A stretch of DNA of 64,000 bases from Iphione sp. A-MEVVRFRX5 (lineage: Eukaryota), in contig OZ320319.1 of the NCBI GenBank assembly GCA_976226885.1, positions 26,350,001 to 26,414,000 on the forward strand, read 5' to 3'. The notes below the pieces were generated by a model that saw only the letters and a program-made list of their open reading frames with translations, was not told the origin of the DNA and did not search any database. Positions 9,578 to 23,127 of this stretch are shown piece by piece; the stretch's first letter is position 1, and each line of letters begins with the position of its first letter. The translations under genes and the position numbers were made by a program.

Positions 9578-11968
9578 CTTACATTTATACATGTTGGTAC
9601 GTGAGTTTAGTCCCATTGCGCGATATGTACATATCTAGACACATACAATATTTTTCCAAGCATACAACAAGCAGTGCCATGATGTTGCGTGGATCTAAAG
9701 CATGTGGCACAGTCAGACGTATCATCATGTAGCTCACAGACCTCTGATTGTCACATCTACATGTAAATGCAAATCATATTGCAAACATGCATCATCGAAA
9801 TACGCCGGTCTCCTAATACACCAGAGCTAAGTGCTGTGGGTTGTTGTTTTTTTCGGCCGCCGATGTGTTTGTTTCTCTATCCTCTCCATGCTGCGGTTAT
9901 TTCTTTCAAAGTATCGAGCACGAATCTTGATCAAATGCAGACGATAATGCGGTTGGCGCCATTTCTTTATGCAAATACCTTCTGGTACTGTTCAGCAGCT
10001 GAGGGTCTCTTAGGTGATTCGCCTTCGGCTCGGGTTATACTGTAGTCTTTTAAAAGCAACTCTTATCTAGCACGAGAAGGCGGAGGAGATGGAGACGGTA
10101 TTATGTGGGTTGCCAGGTGTTCAAGAACATAGAGTATCTTTCTACATACATACACATGCACATTCACATATATATGTGTCTGTGCGTGAGTTTGTGCACG
10201 GTCTCGCATCGAAAAATCAGAACGGACATATAAAGTATATATATACTTGTACGTATTTACGACTTGTTCATGAACCAACCAACCATTGTTGCAGTACCTG
10301 GCAACTACATTCCATTGGAAAGTATGACGTTTCATATGAACAGTTGCTCTGGCTGTAATAAAGGTCTTTACATAAAAATATATATACATGTATTCACCCC
10401 ACTATTCGTGTTGTGTCACTCTGTCACAATCATATACATGTATTGTCGTACACAAAGCTATTCCGATGCAAAAAGGTATACATATAGGAAACTGTACGTG
10501 GAAGCCAATAGTCAGTAGGTGTAAATTGGATGTAGTCCAGGTGTGGGCAAAGACTCGAGATGGCTCTCAAGGAGCTGCTGAGAAGGCAGGACGGTAAGCA
10601 TTAGGCCAATGTTATCTTAACATGTATTTATCTTGCCACATGTCACAACAAATTGACGAAAGGGTCTCGAAGAAGACTGCCTACATTCGTCTGTTTACTG
10701 TCGTATGATAACAGACACCTGGGGCAACCCGCTCGAGACATCTGAGCATGAAACAGTGAATTCCTACAGGGTAGAATATGATACCACTACATCCCTAGAT
10801 CTTTTACGAACATACATCTAAAGCAACTGTCCGAGATTCAACTGTTAAAGAAATATTTTCACCCGTGGAATGCGTAAGAGGACCCTTCACGAATATTGGG
10901 AATACTATACCCGTCGACGTTTCTGTATCGTCAAATACCTGTGTGGAACATAAAACTGTCTGTTCGTTTCGTGTCGAGATTGTTATTTCAAAAGTAAGCA
11001 GGGCGTTGATATAGGCAAAACATTGTTCATTCCTACCGGTGATCGACATATATAAGATACGTGAAATAGACGTGACTAAAGTAACCATGACCAGAAAACT
11101 AAACCACAAACCTTTTTCTCTCGGCTTCTTTGGAGTCGTTGCGGTTACAATCAGGATAAATAATGTCTCGAAATAAATGTTTCTAAATCTATTCCTGATA
11201 TGAAACATAAGTAGGCACCTGTTTAGTTCTCATAGTAAGTGTAAGTTTGATATATAATACTTTGCTTTCAGACTAATTGAATTTCTCGCATCAAAAGAGT
11301 TTGCTGATATGATTCTTAATTACTTTTTTTTTAGAATCTAATGGTTTCTTAGCGACTAGCGACAGATACACGAATGCTTTCGTCTGCTAATGATGGATTG
11401 CTGACACCAGGGTGAGGTTAACGGGCGATGTGGATTGGGATCCTGAGTAAAAAGCTGTGCCCTATCGTTCCATGAGACGAGCCCCTAGTAGTTGCTCCAC
11501 TACATCGTATAGAAGATGAATTTGCAGTTTGAGTAAAAATGGGGAAAGTTTTTTTTTTTCATGAGACAGTTGTTACACCCAAAAAATTAGAGATTTCAGT
11601 TTTGCAGCTTAATTAGCAAACCTTTCACTAAGGAAGTCCTCCGTGTGGACCGTTACTCCAACAAACCGCCTGAAAAAATCCTTAAATAACATATCTAAAG
11701 CGCGACTTCTGTATAAGTAAACAACATTGTTCACTTTGGGTAAAAGAGCGATCAGTATTCTTTGGATAGAGCTGAGCAGCATTAGAGGGGCTGTCTCACA
11801 TCTAGGAGGGTAATCTCCCTAAGAATTCTACGTGCATCCCATTAGGCTTAGCCTGCCAGTGTCTCGGGTGACCTTTATAAACCAGCTTCTCCGAGTAGCC
11901 TCCCGTGGAAGTCCCTGCTATCTGATCCCCGCTCGCCAAGGCTGCACACACATTTCCACTAAAGTGTG

Positions 11969-12185
11969 TGGGAGAGTTATCGTAGTTGGCAAGAGTGCTG
12001 GTATCCTAATCCAAAGGTCCCAGGTTCAACTCCCATCCTGAACTGATTACGTCCGGACACTGGTAGACACAGGCCCAGTCCACACACCTTCTGATACCAC
12101 AACCCCCAGTCTCGCAGTGCACGGCACGCCACATAGAGACAGGGGTATGCGGTCCTGTCAGCCAAGGGTATTCTGGCAAATAATC
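11969..12185 (+). mobile_element. Probable tRNA-derived SINE
   Basis: A-box-like TAGTTGGCAAGAG at ~11983 and B-box GGTTCAACTCC at 12023-12033, spaced as in a tRNA with an anticodon-loop-like TCCTAA between them. No complete cloverleaf. The 3' boundary is uncertain. Confidence 0.4.
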
Positions 12186-13079
12186 TTCAACACCATCTGC
12201 TAATTTACTGTTTCGGGACCACAGGAAGCTGTCACTTAATATTAATGTTGGTCCAAGTGGGCTGTACCTTTCTTATCGTATGAAGCTTCCACACCGTTTC
12301 ATATATATATATATATTATATGTATAATTACTAACTACATTCTGACTTGAATATAGGGTTCGTTTTCTTTTATTTCAAATTTGTGCTATCATTATATCCT
12401 CAATGAAATTTCCAACTAACTGTGGACACTTTTATTGTTACTCTCCTTACCACTCTTTCCAGATTTCCAGTAAGCCAATATCTTCGCCACGCTTGAATCT
12501 CTAATAATTCCTAAGAATTCTCCGATTTTCAAAGCCAAACATAGCAGCCATATCAACATGTATTCTATACGTAGGGAAAAAACGTTACTCCCTACTTGGA
12601 GCACACATCATGATTGATCGACTTCTTTACTTGTTCACTAATACAGCAGAACAACTGATGTAGGCTCGACTGACTGAAACGTTGACACACAATTTCTTCC
12701 ATACGGCCGTTGTTGCTGCGGATCGTTATTGGGCTTAATTTGGACCCATCGTTGGCTGCCCCAACGACTAGAACAAGCAGTCAGTTACATTTGCTTCTTT
12801 GCATCTGAACGTTTTAAATTTAGCCAGCTAGGAGTGGTTGACCACCAGCCGAGAACGGTCCCTTCTTCCCTCCATTCTTGAACGTCAATTGTTAATGGAA
12901 GGTACGACATAAAAGAAAGTCTTCCTAACTTGTTGTATCTTTTAAAAATATATATATATATCTTGATTACAGTCTGGATGACAGAATGATTGCCTCAGAA
13001 GTCCTTGACTCCGCGCTCCTCCACAGACCTGATGTTTTGTTTCCCCTCGCTCTTTTTTGCAATGGCAAGCATAAGTGAT

Positions 13080-13529
13080 TGACAGTTCTGGAAATGCTAG
13101 AAAGTAGGAGAAAATGGATTGACCAATTGACACATCACTGTACTGTCACATAGCCATGCCCACCTATCACACTGTGACAGTCATTCTTTCAATACGGTCA
13201 CATACAATTTTCAGAATTTTAAAATAAAGGTTTCTTGTCACAGTGTCAGTGTGCTGCATTTTCACATATACTTTGAAAATAAATACAGATATTTCACCAT
13301 GTTCTCAATGGATATATATCCATAAATTTACATAACCACATAATGACATGTGACAGTCATAATTCTAATACGGTCACACGTGAGCGACAGTGTTGCTCAA
13401 ATGTCAGCTGCATGGATTGGTTACACAAGTCATGTGACAAAATAGCATAACGTCATTGGCTGTGGAACACTTTGATTGACAGATATTATGACTGTAAAAG
13501 TTGTCATCCTGTCACACAGCGATGTGTCA
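13080..13529. repeat. TGACA-dense region with two 30-bp direct repeats
   Basis: 14 TGACA/TGTCA in 450 bp. TGTGACAGTCAT-N6-AATACGGTCACA occurs at 13173-13202 and 13349-13378. Confidence 0.7.
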
Positions 13530-16500
13530 ATTGGAAAATATTAAATGCCATTGTTTGATGCATAGGACAAGAGTAAAGCAAAATTCAAGATTGCTTTTCA
13601 TGGGTATCATTACTGGCCCCTTCTGTGGCCAGTAGTGTCTTTTTGTTATCTTTAGAAAGTACAAGGAAGAGACCACCCACAATGATAAAACAACTTCCAT
13701 ATTAGCCATCATGACATTTGTTGGTATTAAGGTTGTCATGCTTAAGATAATATTAATGTAATATTTCTAAGGTTAGGGTCACTATGCGGCCAAAGGAACA
13801 TGTCCAAATTAGAAATGTATAAGGCCAAAATAGAATAAAAGCATAAGGTATGGGAATAAACACTATAAAACTGCCCCCCTGGTTACTGGTACAAATCAGG
13901 GGAAACAGCTCTAGAAGATTATTTCTTTATCATTTGCACTTCATACAAAATGCGTTTAGAAAAAAGTCCATTGTTTCCATGTCATTGACATCATCATCAT
14001 TTATATTGACTGTAAAGTTGAATAGTGTCCATTGATACGGACTGGTGCAATTTTCTCTCAAAATATATACTATGTATTTAAGCATTAATTATAGATATTC
14101 TATCATTTCTTGAAAAGATGCAATGTTGTAATTTGTCATCCACATCATGTGTCATTGACATCATTTTGACATTCTCTCCTATAGAATAAGGAATTTGAAA
14201 AGAATAAGTTGACTCTATCTAACTTCTTCGTGATAACTTTCTTGGAGCTTCTTGTTTCATATAATGTATTTAATACTATATTCTGCGATTTTTCAACCCC
14301 AAAATAGCACACTTTATTGAGAATGAGCCTACTTAGGAAACAGTGTGTATTGCAGAAGAACTACTCTGTTGCACAGCCATGCCTCTTCAATTATCATTAA
14401 GGATGAGTGTGGACAGCCATCAGATAAATTATTCAAGTATACCAACTTGGGAATACTTGAATTCTTTATTGATGACATATATTATTTGGTCATGACTATA
14501 TTGAAGTATCAAAACCTGGCTAAAACAGTCGGGAATTTCTCTAAAATAAAAAACAGGAAGAAAGGCCTAGGTGGTTAAGAGACCGAAGTCTGTCGGAATA
14601 GTCCACAGTGGCAGAGGTATGGGAACACAGGAGGCCTGCTGGCGAATTTCTGGAACGGTGTGTAATCTATATGCTCCATATGTTTGTAATGTGTTTAGTT
14701 CTCTGTCATCTAATGACTACTGTCACACACGGCCTGCTCCGAGCAACTCTCCGTCTACAACGAGCCACAATGTTCAGCAGTATATATTCACCACAAATCA
14801 AGTACATTTAGTACTGTCTCTACCCGAGGTACACCCACATTTGTCCACTTGAAATATTACCACGTGACTGTAATGTACAAACACCTTGTGGTCGATGCAA
14901 TCTCGACTGCGGCAACATATGGTAACTAATGGCCTTCTAGTCTCCGAGCAATTTATGTATTTTTACCACGAATCAACAGAAAGGGACAGGCACAATCCTG
15001 TAGCGACAGCTTTGAGTGCTAAGTGTGCTGGTGTTAGGGAAAGCACATTCGTTTTCGGAGTGAAACTAGACAGTCCCTCTAATGGTTCCAGCACTTAGAA
15101 TAACGTACACACGTTACGATGCTTTCGTAGAGTGGTACGAGAAGGATACCGCTAGGGGGCACCTTACATACACGTGTCCAGTCAGGATACATGTCGAGTG
15201 GTCATACGTTGGGGGAAATCAAATTAATTACTATACTTTACACAAGTTTTGTCATAGGAACATGTCTAAGATAGCGGCAGTTTGAAAAAAAAAACAATTC
15301 AGTGATACATGTGTATCAATAATATATATCAGCTTCGATGTCTTCTTACTTAAGTAATTGGGGGGGGGGGGGGGTCATCCTCCTGTATAGCATGTATAAT
15401 TGTATAATGGTAACAATTTGCACTCTATGTGATACATATACATGATTCATGATTTTACTACCATTATCTATGGAATCGCTATTGAAATTCTTTCTTAAGG
15501 CATTATCTGGTGGTTAATACACCAAAACGTACACTTACACTGATTTCTTCGTGAATTGATTTAAGGTTTCTGTGTTCTTACGATTTGCTTGATGCCTACT
15601 CCTTGCAGGCTATTCTCTTCTTCCATAACGATCAAGGTCTTTGAACGTAAGAAACTAGCCAATAACATCGATATATCCTTTTCATAGACATCTTTATACC
15701 CCTTTTATGTGTTATCCTATCTCTGTGTATGTATTGTTTGAGAAGAACAAGAATACGTCTTATTGTTCGCACACATTGTCCGATTCACTGTCTGAGGTCG
15801 TTACTTTGGCCTTTGTGGGCTGCAAGCAACTCCATCTTGCCTACGAAATGCTGTCGCAGCACCTATCTCTGGCGTTAGAAGCCTTAACACTGTCTGTTAA
15901 GTAGAAGAGCGTTTGTTAAACAAAAAAAGATGGAAATCAGGGACTAATAACTACACAAGTGCATACAGATTGTATTGTGCTGGGTAAAATTCATGATTCA
16001 GTTTAGTTTCAATAAATGCCACCGATTCATTTGGTAGATGATTGACCCAATAGAAAGCCAAGGGTTTCTTTCAACCGAAGCCTAAGTGTTTATTCATTGT
16101 AAAGGTGCCGCAGGTGTTCGTGGTTGACATTGTGGTCCCACTGTCTCGGCAGATTGTGAGGACGGCAAGGAAAGCAAAGGAACAAGCAGGACAAGCGGGG
16201 AAGTTACCCACAGAAAAAAGTTGTTATGGAAATTGGCTTTGCAGTAAACCGTGTGTCATTGTTCGCAGCTTTCCATCTGTTCCCTTGTTATTCCACATAT
16301 TGCAGGACTCTTCATCATGCTTGACCCATGGCATGTCTGAGGTAAGATGCCTATTATACCTGCAGCTGGGGTACACATTCTGTGGCGTGTAGCATATATA
16401 AATGTATATAAGGAGTAGGTGTATTTAGATTGGGTTAATGAAAGGGGCATTCCATGTCTCCTATTGTTTTTACGCGGTTAGTATAACTGTCTTGATAACT

Positions 16501-16597
16501 ATCCATTAGGTAAACTGGTTATAAGAAGGTAAACCGAAGAGTATATGATGGTACCCTCTGGTCAGCATTTAATGTTGTATCGCTCAAGCATCCGAAA

Positions 16598-16624
16598 TAT
16601 AGAGTATAGAGTATAGAGTATAGA
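16598..16624 (+). repeat. (TATAGAG)n short tandem repeat, possibly a retroelement tail
   Basis: Three full units plus TATAGA. Confidence 0.7.
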
Positions 16625-19600
16625 AAAATCATATCGTGTGTATAATAGCCTCTTTCCTCGCGGATATATCTTTAAAATGAAGGAATATAACATCCGGATG
16701 ACCTCTGATGGCTGGCAATAGGTGGTCAACTCTATATTCTTGGAGCATTAAATAGTAATGATTTGCCTGAACTTGCTTATATAACACAAACTGAGACTTT
16801 AAACTAGTTAGCGGCTATTTACATATACATGATCGAAAGCAAAGAGTTTGAATTTACATGCACCATGTAGTACACTATTCCATAAACCTCTAAAAGATCA
16901 GCGAGGAGGTTTAGCTTTACAAGGAGTATGAACTTCGGGGAATTCGGCTGCCCAAAATCTTTGTCAAGGGAAATGTTCTTTACGAACATTATATTTGCCT
17001 TCATAAGAGAGCGGACAGATAATACATGAATTGTCCTTTAAAAACGAATATCCAAAGGGAGTGCATCTACATGAAACTATAGATAGCTAGTATGTCACCT
17101 CTTGGAAATGTTATGTCCACCCGCAGTTTGACCAGTAATCAACCCACAAAATCTACTAATAGTCAAATTTAAGGTAAGTACGAAGATGATGGCATCCCTG
17201 GACAGGAAACTCAAACAGACGTCGTGTGCATGAAACATTTTGTATATATGCAGGAGGATCCGCTACCTAAAGGGTTTTTCTTCGCATTTACTTTCTCGTG
17301 GAGCTAATTTTCCTGCATCGATAGTTTCCTTGTTTTCCCGAATGCTCATGTAGCATTCTGCATGACTATTTAGATGCAGCTCGAGTCTTCCCGTCGGTTG
17401 GGACATGAACAGCGTGGAAAGCAAAAGTATGGACTTCCCGACGCGAAATTTCCCCGAAGACAGCTGGTAAATGGGATCACAGCCTACGGAGTCGGAGGGG
17501 ATTTGTACTAACGTGATCTGGTGACACAGTGGTGGCTTCCAGGTCACGAAGGTTTTACGTAGCATATCAATGCCATTGATTAAACATCAATAAAGATAGA
17601 TGCAATAGCTTCCCTATAACATGATGGTAATTGTATTAAGTGTTGTTGTATCTAGCTGTTTAATTTCTGTCACAAATACAAATAAGATTTAGATCATATA
17701 AATCTCCTAAGATAACAGTATCAGAATAACAATGTCACAGTGGCATTATAATGGTTGCTGACCGGCCGGATTTGGTAGTCTGTATTCGGTCACCTTAAGT
17801 ATGCATATCTGTCTATAACATGGAAAGTATTTTTTGGTCATTTGAAAAAATATTAACAAGGCCATATACCCTTATCTAAAAATACAATTTCTCGACAGAT
17901 TATATAGTCACAAACCGGTTCTGAATTCTCGAAATATGGTTTAATTACTGACTTACTTCGGCTCTGAAATAAAATCTCATACAGTGGAGACCATTAGGAG
18001 ATTGAGGCTATTGTAGAAGGTCTAGTGTCCCCTTCTGTCAGTTTTTTCGGTCGACCATGTCTATGGTTAGCTATACGTATATCATGGTTCATTGTTTGCC
18101 TATAGTACTGTTCATTTATTACAATCTCAAAAGATCCAATTGATGTTCATGATTGCAAATTTATTTGCTGCCTCAAAGAGCCATCCATGATATTTAAGTT
18201 ACTGTTAATAAAATGTTATTTCCATTGACATGTTTGTTCATGTTGTTTATTTATATGTAACGTCAACCTATAACAATAGATACACGAGGTCGCTTAAAGA
18301 AGAGGCTCTTCCAGCAAGTGAATGTAGTTGGATGTTTAATGATCACAGATGTGGAGGTAAAACACCGGTGTCTTGTTTCACACACTGTTTTTTTTACATA
18401 TAGTTTCCTCTTAAAATTTTGTTTTTAAAACGTTGGATACAGGATTAAATCAGTTTATATGTGTAATTGATTCCTGAGCTAGGTTTATGTCTAGGGATAT
18501 TTTTCCGATTCAATTTTCTTTGTGGTTTGCGATAGACACATTAGTTTTGGATTGGATCCATTGCTCTTATTATATGCCGGATGTTAAGTTCAGGGCCATT
18601 CCGATTCTTTAGTGCCGCTGCCTTTAAATGAGAGCTATGTAGGCAGACAGAGTGATGTAGGCAGACAAAGATGAATTGCAACGACAATGATTGTCTTCAC
18701 ATGGAACTCTTATAATGGTGAAAGCTGGAACTTTCTCAGACGAGCTCAATTCCTTTTATACAACCAGTATAAGGTGGCAATCTCATCTTCCTCATGTTGT
18801 TCAGGAACAGAGAGAGAATCGTTTTCACAATCAATCCAGGTATCTCAGAACAGAGAGTTTACGTGATAGGCGATAGCCGTACCTGAATTCCTCATAATGT
18901 CATACCAGAGGTTAATGAACCCATGATGTAGACACAGCGTTGTCTCACCTATACATCGATGCCGCAATCTGTGCATGTAGTGATATAAATAGAGTTACTC
19001 CTGCGGCAGTTTACCTGCTAGTAAGTGGTTTTTTTCTGTAGTCTAGCATGCGATGGTTCTGGTAACACTGTTTCTTTATGGATAGTAGAGGATTACTACA
19101 AAGAATGTCATTGTAGACATTGATACTTTGTCTATCAAAATGTTAAGCGTTATTCGCTGGTCTGAGAGAGTGATAGTATATCATGTGTAGTTATGGTCAT
19201 CTATCAGGTCGTAGTGATACACGAAGTAAAACACATGTGCTTAGATACTACGTATTGTGTAAGTACGGGATGTCGTTTATATAGCTCTTTTATAATCATG
19301 CTGTTTGCTTCAACTGCACAGATCTGGAGGGTCGGTTTGATCGTGAGATTTTTCTGTTTGGTGAATACTGTCTGAAGCGTGTTATCACGTGTCCGCATAA
19401 TAGCCATTTCATTAACGTATCTCAACGATATGAGTAGTTCTGTTTGGGATGTGGTCAAGCAAGACCCATACTCTGAGCTACTTCCATGTGATCTAACGCC
19501 AGGTGATAGTTCTGGCCGCCAAAGGGGCTTCCAAGCTCGGTGATCCTTTCAATACAATGCAATCTCGGTCTGTATTATAGAATAATTGTGAACCCTGATC

Positions 19601-22600
19601 GATCAATAGTTGCGAGATTGTCATATCGCCGACCCGGCTTTGTATGAATAGGATCTGTTTGCCTGAACGTAATAATGTGTTCCTCCCATGACACTACACC
19701 TATGTAAACTTTTTTTTATCGATTACAGATTTGTCTACGCTAAGCAGAACTACATACAGTGATCCCTCTACAACTGACGATCCCATAAGCGACATTAAAA
19801 CAGCCTCTAGGTGTATTTTTGTACCTTTAGGAAGGTATTTATACTATGTTCTGTTTTACTAGCATACTGCAAGGAGCTCAGGTGCCTTGGATGCTTCGTA
19901 CAGTAGAATTATAGGCGTGGGAGAAAAGACTGTTTGGTAATTCGCTTTGCATATGACATAGGACATGCCTTCCTCATAAAACATCAAAATTGACACTGTA
20001 AAGGTGATGATTACGTCTGCCAATTGTGAGTTTTTTCAACGACGCTATGTTCTATGGAGACTAGAGGTCTTTTTGAAGATGGTTAAATTGTGCTTATGAT
20101 TTTCTGACCTGCGCAATGAATGTCGTGAACACTATCCACAAATTGCAACTTCCCTCTCGTGAGGGTCAGGGAATGTTTTGGCCCGACCGGCACTAATCCA
20201 TTGTAATGGAAGGACTCCAGGGCAAGGAGGCCGACTTGACGAGATGCTACCCGCCTTGAGAGCTTCTATCACGCATGTAAATGCATTCTATTGCCAGTGC
20301 AGAGAAAGACGTTTCACCAATGTCCAAGAGAAACGTGATGAGAATTGCTTCCTCCAGGAAATACGTACTACACCGATGCACATTGCTTTATTAGATTCCA
20401 GTTTGGACGAACAAACAATACCCGACCAAAGGCCGCTATGTCATCCACGTTCCTTTCAATGTAATATTAATATTTTTTGTTTCATTTCCTAAGCTTCCTA
20501 AGCTAGATATTCATTCATGTCTCGGGAATTGTAAAGCCGTGCTCATCTCTCATTCTCTTTTTCAAAATCCTTCAGTAGATCAGCCAGAGATAATCGATAA
20601 TCTCCTGCAGCCACCTCCGACGTTTTAGCTTCAACTTAAGCATTCGGATAAACGAACATGTATAGATATACATATATATAGCATACATGTAAAAAAGGAG
20701 TACTTGCCTAGGTCTTTCCTATATAATATATATACATTTTTTCATTCTCTTATTGTCGTATCCGCACAGTAAACTTGAGGTAAATGGAATCTTAATAAAC
20801 AGTGTCATCTGAATCAAGACGAAGTATATCAAAGCGAAAGAGTCTCTATTGGCAAATAGTTGTTATCCCTATTGATGAAATTCTGTATCAAAAGAAAAAG
20901 GTTGTAGATAGTGCAGGTCACAATTTACAGTGCACCAGTTCTACCCCAGGAAACCAATTAGATATAATGGAGAGCATTAATATTTGTAAGGGTCACTAGA
21001 ACTTAGTCACGGTCCCTTTCATAGCGTGGTCTAATAACCAGTGTCCGGGGTAGTCAGACTTGAGACAATATAAGGTAGCTGAATTCTAGATCTTTCATTA
21101 GTCCAGTTAGAGGGGTTCTACTATTCAATATCTTACCTATATGTCCATGCATCATTTAAGAGTTAATCAACTCTCCGACCAAACATACTTACACTATGGT
21201 TGACTAAAGGACATAATACGATTAACAGCTTGCACTCGTTGACGCACACCTACATGATGCGATCCTGTCGCACGGCAGTCCAATCCAATCTGACGTGCCA
21301 TAAATCCTCTAATAGAAACTGCCCCTCGTGCAAAAACACACCATTCCCAAAAGAAAGTGTTCAGTTAATTACCCATATACAAAAACAACAAGAAAACCAA
21401 GAGCTCAGGAGCAGCTCTTTGTGTATTTAGAGATGTGTACACAGCAGAGGATTTACGGTGGCATCCTTTGAGAATAATGCCCTTTGGGTGATTATATCAT
21501 GGTGGACGAGGTCACAAGTCGATTACTCTGGCCCCCGCCGCCTGGGGTGCCTTATTGTATACAAGCCACCGTCGCTTTGGAAAATCAATACCCCAGGCTT
21601 GGCGCGACGAAGGGAACTGAGGCAACGCAGGTGGGAAGAAGTTGATGTAAGGTTCATGTACCGGTATCGTCAGTTATCACTGAACTAACGCTTGACGCAG
21701 AGCAAATAGTAAACACGGGCTCGAAGCTGAAGTGAAAATATACTTGGTTCCGTAGAGAATATAATGTTGATAAGATAAGATCGGAATTCATGTATTCGTC
21801 CCAAGAGACGCCTCGCACAGGCGGTTTGGGGGTTCGGATGTAGATGGGTATGGGTGATATTTTCTATTTTAACTGAGCAGTCGACCTGTTTCAAAAAGCC
21901 GCCCCCACCCCCCTCGTACTGATGCCCTCCTGCATCAGCATCAGTCTTCCTTTTAACATGGCTTACCCAAGCAGGTGAAAGTGTGTTGCAAGTGTGCATG
22001 TCTGTGATGGGGAAGACCATGAACAGATTGTCTTTATCGGCGTGTATTTGGAAGACATGCAACAAGCAATCCTAGCCTAGGGTCATCGTGCTTTGTTCCC
22101 ATCTTCCATTCTTTGTGCCTGCCATAGCATGTTTCTACCAAGAGGCTATCAGAAAAATGTCACGTTACCAGATTGATCAAAGAAAAAAACACGCGTTTTA
22201 CGTGATATGAAAAAAAACAAATAGAATTCCTTAAGTTTCTGCAGTTCCGGTCTCCATTAGTGCCAACCTATTTTTATTCACAAGAGAACATGCAAGATAG
22301 GGAAAACCCGGAGCTGCATTATGTTGCCTTCTTATGCCACCATGCCAAGGTTTGTGTAACGTCATGATTCAGACATGTGACTCTCTGTCATGCTTGATGT
22401 TTTTTGTATATCGTTTGTGTACATCAAGCGAGATCTTCCAGTTCTTATGCAAAAATTCTGTTTGATCTATTTGAAAAAAATACATATATTACGCATTTTT
22501 AACGATACCAGTTTTAAGTCAGACACACAGATTATGACATCTACATTTATAGAAAACGTGTTTGTTTCAGCACATGTGGATTTGCATAAAAATGACAAAT

Positions 22601-23022
22601 TTGGCTTATGTTTCAAAAGCATCCACGTGTATTAATATATGTCTGTTATAAAAACAGAAACAGAAATGCAACTCTATCTGAGTACTGACACCTATATGCA
22701 TATAAGATGCTTGTACAGTTAAACAGTACTTTACGTTCGGACCACAGTGCTGACAAGAAAGTTTGAAATCAGAACCAAATTACTTTAAAATAATGATAAA
22801 ACCCAAAGCAGGTATTTATATTCCAAGTTGAGAGATAGAGAGTGACACACCGAGGAGGAAAGCTTTAGAAAGAGGACAAATGGAGAGAATGGATGGATGG
22901 ACGAAATCTAACTTATACTCATGTGAGTTCTCATTACAACCGTTTACATGCTTACGACCGGCAAAAACATTTTAATGAAGCTGAAAATGAAATATCATGA
23001 CATGTGCGTGACGGGCCTATGA

Positions 23023-23127
23023 AAGATGGCGCATGAGTAAAGCTCATTTTCAATCTACTACCGACGTCATTAACCGGCTGGTCCTCGTGAGACCGGAAAC
23101 GACCATACCCCCTTATATGCCATTTTT
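23023..23127. promoter_or_regulatory. Promoter-like motif cluster (YY1, CRE-like, ETS)
   Basis: AAGATGGCG at 23023-23031, GACGTCA at 23063-23069, ACCGGAAA at 23092-23099 and GCCATTTT at 23119-23126. Motif matches only. Confidence 0.3.
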
